From Antedon mediterranea (Eukaryota; Animalia; Echinodermata), in assembly GCF_964355755.1 (NCBI RefSeq), contig NC_092677.1, positions 19,242,101 to 19,306,100 on the forward strand: a stretch of 64,000 nt of DNA. Direction: 5' to 3'. Every line of letters starts with the position of its first letter. Position 1 is the first letter of the stretch. Of this stretch, positions 13,587 through 25,400 are shown piece after piece. The notes beneath the pieces were generated by a model. It was given only the letters and a program-made list of their open reading frames with translations. It did no database searches and had not been told where the DNA came from. A program made the translations under genes and the position numbers.

Positions 13587-16500
13587 ATGGAGTTTTCAAC
13601 AGAGACAGAAAAGGTGGAAGAGCTGATTTTAGATTTTGCTCTTCAGAATAACATGTATCAGGTGATACAAGGTACTGTAGAGGCCTACTTCTACTAGCTA
13701 CTACTAGGCCCTACTAGGCCTAGGCTAGGCATATTCCATTAAATAAAAATCAATCATACCAATGTCTTTTTTGTTTTTTTAAAAATATTTTGTTATTATA
13801 AAAAAGATGTATAGGCCCTAGTAGGCCTAGGCCTATGTTTAGAAAAAATTAGGTCAACATAAATCATTTTGTATCATGTTTGTATTTTTGTTAATTTTAG
13901 CTTCCGAGCAAAAGAATAAATTAACAAAAATAGAAATTTCCAATAGGTGTGGTGAATTTAGTCCAAAATGGGGAAATTTCTGTCCAGAATGGAGAAATGG
14001 TGGCGCTATGTCGTGTCCAAAATGGAGAAATTTCTGTCCAGGATGGGGAAGTGCTGTCCAAAATAGGGAAGCTGTCTAAAATAGAGAAATCCGATTTGTC
14101 CAAATGGGGAAATTTCTGTCCAGAATGGGGAAGTGCTGTGTCCAAAATGAAGCTGTCCAATATAGAGCAATCCGATTTGTCCAAAATGGGGAAATTTCTG
14201 TCCAGAATGGAGAAATATTTTGTCCAGAATAAGGACAAAAGCGATAGATGGCGCTGTAATCGTGTCCAAAATGGGAAAGCTGTCCAATACATAGAAATCT
14301 GATTTTGTCCAAATGGGGAAATTTCTGTCCAGAATGGAGAAATGGTGGCCCTATGTCGTGTCCAAAATGGGGAAATTTCTGTCCAGGATGGGGAAGTGCT
14401 GTCCAAAATAGGGAAGCTGTCTAAAATAGAGAAATCCGATTTTTCCAAATGGGGAAATTTCTGTCCAGAATGGGGAAGTGCTGTGTCCAAAATGAAGCTG
14501 TCCAATATAGAGCAATCCGATTTGTCCAAAATGTGAAAATTTCTATCCAGGATCGGGAAGTGGTGTGTCTAGGGAACCCTGTCCAATATAGAGAAATCCG
14601 AGTTGTCAAAAGTGGGGAAATGTTGTCCAAAATAGAGAAACTTTCAACAGAGAAATCTAATGTTGACAAATTTCTCCAGAGGGAAGTGCTGTGTCCAAAA
14701 TAGAGAAACTACAGTATCCAATATAGGCCTAGAGAAATCCGATTTTTCCGAATTGTATAAAAGTACAATGCGTGCGCACTATTGAACGATCTTTCAATAG
14801 TGCGCACGCCATGTTTCCCACAATCGTCAAATCAAACAATCTTCAAATGAAATAATCTCTTTTCTTTCTTTTTGTTTTTCTTTTATTTTATTATAAATAT
14901 GTTTACTGAACCACTTTGGAAATCAGTACATTTGGATTGAAAGTGTACAGTATTTCAATTTAAAGAAAGAACAAATAATAATAATAATAATAAAAATGAC
15001 AGGAATTGAATTAGGTGTTGTACAGTATAATAACAATGAAATTACCCAATTTTCAGAACTAATTACATTTTTTTTTGGTCTAAAAAGGCTTCACAGCTAA
15101 TAAAGGACAGGAGTATTTCTTGAAATACCGTAGAAGCACGTCCATTTCTGATGTCCGTATATTTTCGCCAACAATCAGCTTGATAGTTAAGAATGAAGAT
15201 ATTGAAAATTTTGATAAAGTCATTAGGATGCTGACACACATGTATGAAGAACACCCTGAGGCAGTGTCCCTTCAAAGCTTTTCACAAATAATGATTGTCT
15301 TTAAGATAAAGGTAAAAAAAGACAAATGCCACTTTTTTTGATATTCATGGATATTCTTTACTTGCAGACATAAGTTTTCACTGATCAAGTGCAGGAATTC
15401 TTATTCTAAAACACATACTGTACAGTACATCATCCATACATACAGATTGTTAACATGAAAATGCTGTAAGCTGAAAATACTATACTAAGTGATATTTTTA
15501 TACAATTTTTAAAATCTGGCTTTAATTTGTCAACAATGAAATGTAAACATACTTTATATTAATCTCGGACATAATTTCTTGGTTTATAATAGTACCTGTA
15601 TGCATGTATGTTTGAGTTTCCGCTCAGAACATTGTGATTAGTTAATTCTTCCCTTTTATCATTAACTTTATCATTTGCATTAAACTCCCATCAATTCAAA
15701 TTATTTGTCAGTACTGTAGTAGTACAGTATTGTTTAGGCCCTACTCATTCTTCTTCCTACATTGTTAAGCGTTGATAATATGGCATTTCTTAGACTACAA
15801 ACAATACTAATCTTTCCCCCATTGTAAATGAACTAATCTTCACAATGCAGACATTGCTAATATCAGGAAAACAGGTTTTATTTATTTTACTTGATGTTCC
15901 GAAATGGAACTTAATTGCTGCTTTTCATTTTAAAAAGTTTCTTGAAAATCACAGCCTAATAGCATAAGTTTTGTTTCTATTTACAGACCATTCTTTATGA
16001 AATGTCCAAAGAGTTTCAATTCAGCAAAATGTTATCTAAACTTGATGAGTACTTTCCAAGTAAACCAAATAACCCAGTAAGTATAATTAATTATCAATAG
16101 ACTCGAAAAAATTGTTGTTTTTCAATTCGTGCTGAAACTTTTAAAACAAATTAGAATGAATGGCAATACAGAGGAAAAGATACATGATCAATATTTAGGT
16201 AGAAATAATTATGTTTATGAATGTTCAATTGCAGTTATTGGGTATTGACATTACATTATTTTTTAAATCTAGAAGATTCACAAGTATAAGACTGAATCAT
16301 GGCGAAAAATACTCAAAGGAATGATTTGTAGCCAACCAAAAGAGAGACTTCGTATTAAGGAACGTTTGGAAGAGCAATACAATAAGAAATATAGACACAG
16401 ATTTGAAGAAGATGTTAGAAAAATTGTAAAGAAATTTAAAGCATGTCTACCCAGGCCCATCTTGGAGCAGGTATGGAAATAATGTCAACATTGTAAAAGT

Positions 16501-19500
16501 TTCGCATTGCACCATTTCACTAATTCTGAAAAATGATTATGGAATTTTGAAATTATACTATATAATATTTTTTCCAGTCAGGGTTGAAGTGGCTTGATTT
16601 TTAAAATTGATAAAGTTAGGAATTAACTGGAAATATTTACACAATTTTTAAAAAATCGTCAAAGTTGGGAAATATCGTTTAAAGTTGTCTACAGCAATTT
16701 CTATTTTATAAAATATAAACATTGATAATCAACACCACTTACTTTTCGTCAGTGGTGGCAAAGCGTTATGACATTTTTAAAATGGTAAATATAGAACTTT
16801 TTTTCAAATGTTAAAGAGATTCACTACTTGCTTCACTACTTGCTTCACTACTTGCTTCACTACTTGCTTCACTACTTGCTTCACTACTTGCTTCACTACT
16901 TGCTTCACTACTTGCTTCACTACTTGCTTCACTACTTGCTTCACTACTTGCTTCACTACTTGCTTCACTACTTGCTTCACTACTTGCTTCACTACTTGCT
17001 TCACTACTTTGGTTCATGTTAAAAGAATACAGTAATATAATAATAAGCGTTTGTGACCAAATGTCAATTTTCCTGAAAATCAATAGGCATGTTCTGTAAG
17101 TATTTAACTATTTTACACACAAACATTCGGGACGATAACTTAAAAATTGTGGATGCTATCGTGCTAACAAACAAATGAAAGTGAAGTACTTCGCAAAATA
17201 TATCAAGGAAAACTATATTCAGAGAGAGAGGCTCACTACTTATGTAGATGTTTTGATCCATTTGAGGGTGACCTATTTAATATCTCATATTATGGAAGAT
17301 ACAGGTAAGTCGGATTTTAATATACTGTAATAAGCTTTTGTGATGTGACCAATATATCAATTTTCCTGAAAATCCATAGGCATGCACTGTAAGTATATTC
17401 CTATTAACACCAACAAATTCAGGATGCTATCGTGCAAACAAACAAAGCAAGTACTTGGCAGTATATACCAGGGACAAATATTTGGATAGAGAGGGTTTAC
17501 TACTTGTTAGGTCCATGTTAAAAGAATACAGGGGGCCTGCTATTTCATCTCAGATGAAAGATACAAGTAAGTCAGATTTTAATATAAGCTTTGGTGACTT
17601 GACCAATCAAAAATTCAGGACGATAACTTAAACATTGTGGACGCTATCATGCTAACAAACAAAGCAAGTACTATACTTGGCAAAATTTTGTTTTTGCCAA
17701 GACTACATAACCTCCTTTACAGAGGTAATAAATAGCTGGTTAACTAAGGTAAGTTACTGAAAATTGGTAAAAAAATAAACTATCACTAAACAATTAGATT
17801 GTTCTTATACTATATTAATAAATGATAGATACATTTTGAAAGATTAGACATTGGTGCATATGTACAATTGATGTTTTTGACCACAAATATAGCCATAAAT
17901 TGTATATTGGAAAACCATATTCCTATATCTTTAACAAACTATGATATCATTTGTGAACCATTTGATTAATCAGTTTTTAATGTTCAGTTTCAACAATTTT
18001 TAGCTTTTTACTTTGACCCCATTCCTGTCAATTATTAACGTAAAGCCCTTTTAAAAATCGTTGAATCTGGTTTTAAACTCAATGCAACTCGACTGCAACT
18101 CAATGTCTTAAGTTGAACTTTTGCAATATCTTTGATTCCTTTCTAAATTCGACTACTTTTTTATACCTGGCATTAAATATTTACAGTACAGTATGTGTCA
18201 TATTTGATACTTTTTTCATCTTAATTCTACATTTAGATTGTTAATGAAACTGAAATTTCACCACCACACTACAATTTGCAGTTGTCACAAAAATCTGTTC
18301 TTGATAAATTGTTATACAAATGTTTCCAATGTGCTCCTACTGAAGAGACTTTATTGTTGATATTAGAGGAAGTATGGAATGCTGAAAGTCACCAAACACA
18401 AAGCATACAGGAAAGCCAGCTTTTTAATTTCATTTGCTCACAATCTGTCATGTCATCACAAGCTTCTCAAGAAAACGAAATAGTACATCAGTTAGTCTCT
18501 TATTTAGAGGCTAATAGTCAGAGTTTAAGCAGTGAGAGTAATGAACCCTTGTTTGCTATTATTTGCCCAAAAACAGCTGGAGAGTATTCTAGAGGAGACA
18601 GTTCTGAAAGTAGCAAATCAATCACACTTCTTAGAAATCCTCGTGAAATTATCCTACCAGGAGACAACATAAGAGGTGTTCAAATGTCACATTCTGATCT
18701 TAAAAACAAGGAAAAAACACAAACCTGTTTTGAACAGTCAAGAACATATGTTAACTCTGCAAAAACTCCACAAATGTCTGACATAGAAAATGTGGCAATA
18801 ATAGTTAATGATGATGACGAAACCAACAAGGTATTGGTAATTACAGATGATGACCAACAAGCAAAACCTGACAATATTCCAATCGAAGGAAAAGATGGGA
18901 ATCTTGACAAAACAGATATTCAAGGACTTTCTATAAAGTAAGTACATATTATATTGAACTAATTAACAAAATTGATCTGTTTTATTTGGCAACAACCCGT
19001 ATTACAAGCTTTTCAAAACATTTTCTAGCCACTATCTGCCTCCTTCTTCGATTTAGTTGCTGCCTTCAACAATTTGAAGATTTTGCAACTATGAGGTCTA
19101 ATAGAAGGTAGTGACTGTGGCTATGTGAACTAGTACACTGGGCTAATCCCCTACTCAACTCAAAAAAATGTTAAAAATAAGCTCTTTCTTAGTTCAAATA
19201 AACTAGTAAAATCCCTATTCTTTTGTACACAAATGTAAAAATTATCCACTATATACCCACCAACGTTTTTTGCCATTTTTCATTTTCTAGGGTGTTACCG
19301 GATATGTTATTATATCGGTTCAACTACCTAACTACTGAAAAAAGTCTGTCCAAATTTTGTATTTTTCCATTTTAATGATGTATTGTCCCCCAAAAAACAT
19401 GAAAAATAAATCAAACTTTGAATAGATTATTTTGTATTTTTAATAAAGTCAATCACTTTGTAGAAAAAAAACAACAAAAATGAATTTTTTCACTTTTCAC

Positions 19501-21328
19501 AAAATAATTGGTTCAATTCAACCAAAAACCCATTGGATGGCAGCCAATTTGACTATTGTTTTTTAGGTAAATACATTTTTTTTTCGATCCAATCAAAATA
19601 GATAAGTATTAGGTGACATTAAAATTCATGTTTATTTGTTTTGATTTTTAAACATTTTTTATGCACATTTTAAACCAGATATTAAATTCATGCCTACCTG
19701 AGTGCACACAAGCATTCTGTGTACACTGGCTAGAATATAAGACTTGTTCTACCACCAGAACCATGGAGCGAGCTTAAACCTTTACCAATATTATGGCTAC
19801 GTATTACTGTTCCACTCACTCGCATGTGTAAACACAAGGAAGTATACCGTAGGCAACGTATTACTGTTCCACTCACTCGCATGTGTAAACACAAGGAAGT
19901 ATACCGTAGGCTACGTACTGTTCCACTCACTCGCATGTGTAAACACAAGGAAGTATACCGTAGGCTATGTACTGTTCCACTCACTCGCATGTGTAAACAC
20001 AAGGAAGTATACCGTAGGCTACGTACTGTTCCACTCACTCGCATGTGTAAACACAAGGAAGTATACCGTAGGCTAGGTACTGTTCCACTCACTCGCATGT
20101 GTAAACACAAGGAAGTATACCGTAGGTTACGTACTGTTCCACTCACTCGCATGTGTAAACACAAGGAAGTATACCGTAGGCTACGTACTGTTCCACTCAC
20201 TCGCATGTGTAAACACAAGGAAGTATACCGTAGGTTACGTACTGTTCCACTCACTCGCATGTGTAAACACAAGGAAGTATACCGTAGGCTACGTACTGTT
20301 CCACTCACTCGCATGTGTAAACACAAGGAAGTATACCGTAGGCTACGTACTGTTCCACTCACTCGCATGTGTAAACACAAGGAAGTATACCGTAGGCTAC
20401 GTACTGTTCCACTCACTCGCATGTGTAAACACAAGGAAGTATACCGTAGGCTACGTACTGTTCCACTCACTCGCATGTGTAAACACAAGGAAGTATACCG
20501 TAGGCTACGTGCTGTTCCACACACTCGCATGTGTAAACACAAGGAAGTATATCGTACAAGATACAACTTTATTGTCTTTGTCAAAAATGAATGTTGGTTG
20601 ACAACAATTTTGATTAAAAAATGTGTATTATTTGTGTATTAAATCAAGCCCGTTGAAAAATGTTTGCATCTTGTTTTATTAACTATCACTTATCAGTATC
20701 TGTTATACAATTCTTTAATATGTATGTGTGCAACGTTTCAACTTGTTGTCAACAAAAAATCTTCATCTGGCAATGACTAGATCAAATGAAGCATAATTGC
20801 TTGCATGTTTTCAGGGAGCATTGTACAAATGCTGATATTGTGTGTATGTCTACTATATTTGCAGGTTTAATCCAGAATGTACATCAACACAATACAATAT
20901 TATCAATGATGTTTGTGTAGATTCACAGGGATATGCTGGTGGAGTTGAACATGCAGGCAAGTATGTAACAATTGAACAATAATGTAGTGTAATAATCCAA
21001 GTGTAGGTGTTTAATTTTACAAAAAAAGTACACCAAATATGTATATATAGTGACAATCTATATCTGTCCGGGTGCCAAGGTGAGTTTTTTTTTGGGTCTA
21101 GCCTATCATAGAAGCATTATCATGCTTCTTTATTTTCTCAAATTTATGATGGCGTCATTCAAAGAGGCATTCCTCAAATATAATAGTAAAGTTACAGCCA
21201 AATCCATTTAATATAGATGATTGTTACATGCTCCTTATAATTATATTGTAATCAAATACAATGACATACTGTACGACTCTTATCATTATTATTTATTCTT
21301 TACAGATAGTGAAGATATGTCATTTTGA
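13587..21328 (+). CDS. TINF2: TERF1-interacting nuclear factor 2 (TIN2)-like protein, about 467 aa
   Basis: Exons 13587-13671, 15097-15311, 15987-16076, 16273-16470, 18237-18937, 20865-20956 and 21306-21328 are all phase-compatible; the last intron is GC-AG. ENFDKVIRMLTHMYEEHPEAV...FKIK|TILYEM...LSKLDEYFPS...ERLEEQYNKKYRHRFEEDVRKIVKKFKACLPRPILEQ aligns by eye with the TIN2 N-terminal domain. AATAAA at 21481. The gene structure is solid; the identity is inferred from low similarity. Confidence 0.65.
13960..14750. repeat. Complex repeat built from TGTCCA(A/G)AATGGGGA subunits with an internal duplication of about 230 bp
   Basis: 13960-14200 is repeated at 14307-14535; probably the interior of a non-autonomous transposon. 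Confidence 0.8.
16820..17009. repeat. 12-bp tandem array TTCACTACTTGC, about 16 perfect copies
   Basis: Read directly; followed by 2-3 diverged longer duplicated blocks (17000-17680) in which the motif is single-copy. Confidence 0.97.
19795..20553. repeat. 54-bp tandem array, about 14 copies, overlapping the head of a decayed Deu-SINE
   Basis: Unit GGCTACGTACTGTTCCACTCACTCGCATGTGTAAACACAAGGAAGTATACCGTA; the first two units are 57 bp. The preceding AAGACTTGTTCTACCACCAGAACCATGGAG matches 486-515. Confidence 0.95.
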
Positions 21329-22460
21329 AGAAAAAAGAAAAATGTAATGACTACACTCAGATTATCATGTTCCAATCACAGAAGCATATTCACATTAGGT
21401 TTTTGGAGCAGTGTAATTTAGAAACATTTTGAAAAAGAACAAATTATATACTATGTTTTTATAATATTTAATGTATCTGCAATAAAACCATTAATCAAAA
21501 AAACAAAGTTTCGTTTTTCAAGGTTGCCTTTATGCTTTTATTTCAAAGTTATCATTAAAAATACAGTTTATTCATAATTTACAGCCCTCTGTTGGGACAC
21601 CGCTATTATTATTAATACTTCCCTGTGAAACGAGAATGTCAAAAGTGTAGTGCGTAAAAATGTCCTTTGATATTAAATTACACAAAATATATTTGAAAGC
21701 ATATTTAGAGTTTAATAACAAATATTGAACTGTAGTTTTGGGGTTTAAAAAAACTTATATATAATTAAATGTATTCACTTATAAATACAATCACTTATAC
21801 TGTTTTAAACACAAAAAAAAGGTTTATAAAATGCTAATTAAAAAATATATAAATTATTGTTATTAATATGATCCGTCTTCACCACTACCCTACAACTGGA
21901 ATGTTACATACAAATATGCTGCCAACAGTTAATGACTACTACCACAGAACCTTATAACACAAGAATATCCTCTCTGTGATACTCCAGCCCATTAGCTCTA
22001 TTCTATCCTACAATTCAAAATTATTATGTGATTCCAACAAACAGAAGATTCTTGTTATAAATTATTTGCCACTACCGAATAATAATCACATGCTTGTGCA
22101 GTATCACAAAATCATCCTCAACCTCCTTGTTATAAAATTATAATTATAATGTTAGACTTCATTCATCCTTACATCAATTTAACTGTAATTAATACATATC
22201 TAATGTTGGGTAATTAAAAAGTACAAAATAGTTTTAAATATTTGTAATCTATGTAATTAATTTTCACTTGTAATACAAAGTAATCCAACCCACAAAAAAA
22301 AAACAAAGTTACCATTACACATAAGTACTGGAATAATTTCATATGGCTTCTGCCTATTATATAAGTGGAAGTTAATTGTTTTACTTTTTTGGACTTATGT
22401 ACAATTACCTTCCACTTACCAAGGTACAAACAAATACCACCACCATGTTCAGTATGACAT

Positions 22461-25400
22461 TTAGTATGGGCGATTATATAAGAAGTTGTAGAGAAGTTGA
22501 TGAGCAGCATTTGGGTTATCCATCGCTGCCATATGTCCAGCTCCCTATAAAAACAAGCAAACAATTCAAGTCAAGTTTACAATTCTTTAACAAAAACAAT
22601 TACAAAGGAGAGTGATTCATGACCTTTTCAAAAGCCAGACACTTTTGGGCTTGTATGTTTGGTTATGCATTTTAAGGAGCAACAGAATCTTGGACATAAA
22701 TCAGGGGCAGTTGCAGGACTATTTTAAGGGGTTACCCAAGAGTCCAGGGACATAATAGAAACCAAATATTTGCGCCACAGAAAAAAAACAATACCTTAAT
22801 TGTAACAAAGGCCAAGTGGTCTTCATATTCCTGTATGAATCCAGCAATCTGATCATATCCATTGTTATATAGCCATGGACGCCATTGCACAGACACAGTC
22901 TTCCCAAGATCCTTCACAAACCACTCGTTACCAAGGGCATTGCAAGTTAAGTCTACATCACCATTGTAAAATAGAAATCGTAACTCCTACAAAGAAAATA
23001 ATTTAATATTTTTGTCATAATAATAGTATTGAATTTTGTCAATTAAATGAGTTGAAAAGTTGTTCAACAACATTAATTATATAAATATTACTTTCCTGTT
23101 TTATAGTAGAACTAATACTGGTAGGGATACACTCAAGTGTATTATATTTTTTTTTAAATTTAACATTATACAATAAGACAGTGATATAGTGAGGACGAAG
23201 GAAGACATCGCCTCATTTTTTAAAATCAAATTAATTTAATAAATTCTTATGTTCTCTAAGGGCTTATTTATTTTCCATACATACTTTCTGGATCCATGTC
23301 ATTTACCAGTAAATAAAGGGAAATAAATATGGCTTGACTTTTATTGGATTAAACTGCACAGGAAAAAACCCTAGAATAGTTCATCAAGTACCAGTCGGAT
23401 CAACTGCTTAGAATTTTCCTCCATTCAGTTTACGTCCACTACAATCAAAAACTTGCTTGAAATTACAATATTTGTCTAATAAAGCATTTATAAATTGTAA
23501 AATATCTTACGTAAAGAGCCAACAGTTTCTTATACATATCCGTTAGATCTTGATACTTCATTACATATGAGTCTGCAATGTTATCATTGCACACAGTCCA
23601 TGCTGGTACTCCACTATTAATGTGTAGTGCTTGCCGTACATAGGGGTTGTTCAAGTACGTTGTTATGGCAGTAGTGTTAATACATGGTAGGACATTGTCT
23701 CCCTTTGATAGGCTCTTTATATAAAAAAAAGTTAAACGGTGTTATCTTTATACCTGGCACAACAATTATTCATTAGTAACTCAATCAAAAATAAATATAG
23801 ATGACAAATTTCGTTTTTGTAAAAGCACAAGTTAACGGAGTACTTACTCGAACGTTTCGATCTCTATCAGAGATCCTTCTCAACTGACTGCGGAGTGTTA
23901 ATGCAGCTTGGTCATTCTTGACGTCATCTGTTGATGACGTTGTACGCCTCCGGTTGTAGGTTGGAGGTTGTGCGGGGCTCGGCCAGGTGATGTGTCTATC
24001 AAATCATTGTACAAATGCGAGAGTTCGTGGGCTCCAGTGTCCCGGTTCATGGTCTTCTCTTTATTTCTCCTTATATGTAATGATTCTCTAATCTGTCTGT
24101 CTTTGCGTTTAGGCTCTTTGGTTAAGATGGTAGCCTCCCAGTTCGGTACATGATTGTGTTTTATGACATGTTCTGTAATGGCAGATTTGTGTATGATCGA
24201 AGATGTGGATGTTCTGGAGGCCCTAGTCATTACTCCCCCCGTGTTTGTTGTAACATCTTTTTTGTGATCATTAATTCGTGTTTGTAATGCCCTCCCTGTT
24301 TCCCCAATGTAAACTTGTGGACAGTTGCGGCAGGTGACTTCGTAGATTACTCCACATGTATCCATCTTCTCGATTTTATCTTTTGGGTGGACGAGGCTAT
24401 TCTTGATTTTATTTTGGGGTAGGAAATAGGTTCCGACATTGTGATAGGAGAGAGTGCGTCGTATTCTTTCTGCCATTCCTTTTACATAGGGGATTCCTAT
24501 GCTACCTCGCATCTTGATCTTTTCCTTCTGTGGTTCGTGTCCTTTGTTCTTTTTTCTTTTTTGGTTTTCCATAACTCTCTGGAAGGACCACTCTGGATAC
24601 TGGCAGTTGTGTAACGCTTTCTTGATGTTATCCATCTCAACTTTCCTCAAATCCATATCTCCCACTACCTTCTCAGCTCTGTCCACAAGCGTGTTTATAA
24701 GCCCCAGTTTGTGTTCGAGTGGATGATGTGAGTTGAAATGTAAATATTGGTCTGTGTGAGTGGGCTTCCGATAGACTGAGGTGGTAACTGTTCCATTGTC
24801 ATTGAGTGTGATGAGCATGTCCAGGAAAGGTATTGTGTTGTTTGTCATCGATTCTGTGGTGAACTTGATATTGTCAGTTATATCGATGTTATTAAGATGT
24901 GTGTTAAATGTATGTACTGTACCTATGGGGATGATAGCTAATACATCATCAACGTATCGTTTCCAATACACAGGCTTGATGTTAGTGGGTGCCGTGTTTA
25001 TGGCTTGATGTTCGAGCCACTCTAGATACAAGTTCGCCAATATAGGACTTATTGGGCTTCCCATAGCAATGCCTTGTATTTGCCTATAAATGTTACCATT
25101 GAACGAGAAATAGGTTTTGTTCACAATTAAACCGAGGAGCTCCATTATGTCTGTCACATGTAGTTTAGTTCTATCCAGAAGTGTCGGATCTGTTGTTAGG
25201 CGATTTTCGACAACTTTGAGGGCCTCTTCTCCTCCAACCTACAACCGGAGGCGTACAACGTCATCAACAGATGACGTCAAGAATGACCAAGCTGCAGTAA
25301 CACTCCGCAGTCAGTTGAGAAGGATCTCTGATAGAGATCGAAACGTTCGAGTAAGTACTCCGTTAACTTGTGCTTTTACAAAAACGAAATTTGTCATCTA

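Noticed and set aside
13876-14703. Cluster of overlapping ORFs on both strands
   Set aside because: Derived from TGTCCAAAAT subrepeats inside an intron of the TINF2-like gene.
15051-15096. Upstream acceptor TTTCAG at 15056 for TINF2-like exon 2
   Set aside because: Gives an in-frame stop; the acceptor at 15096 keeps the frame.
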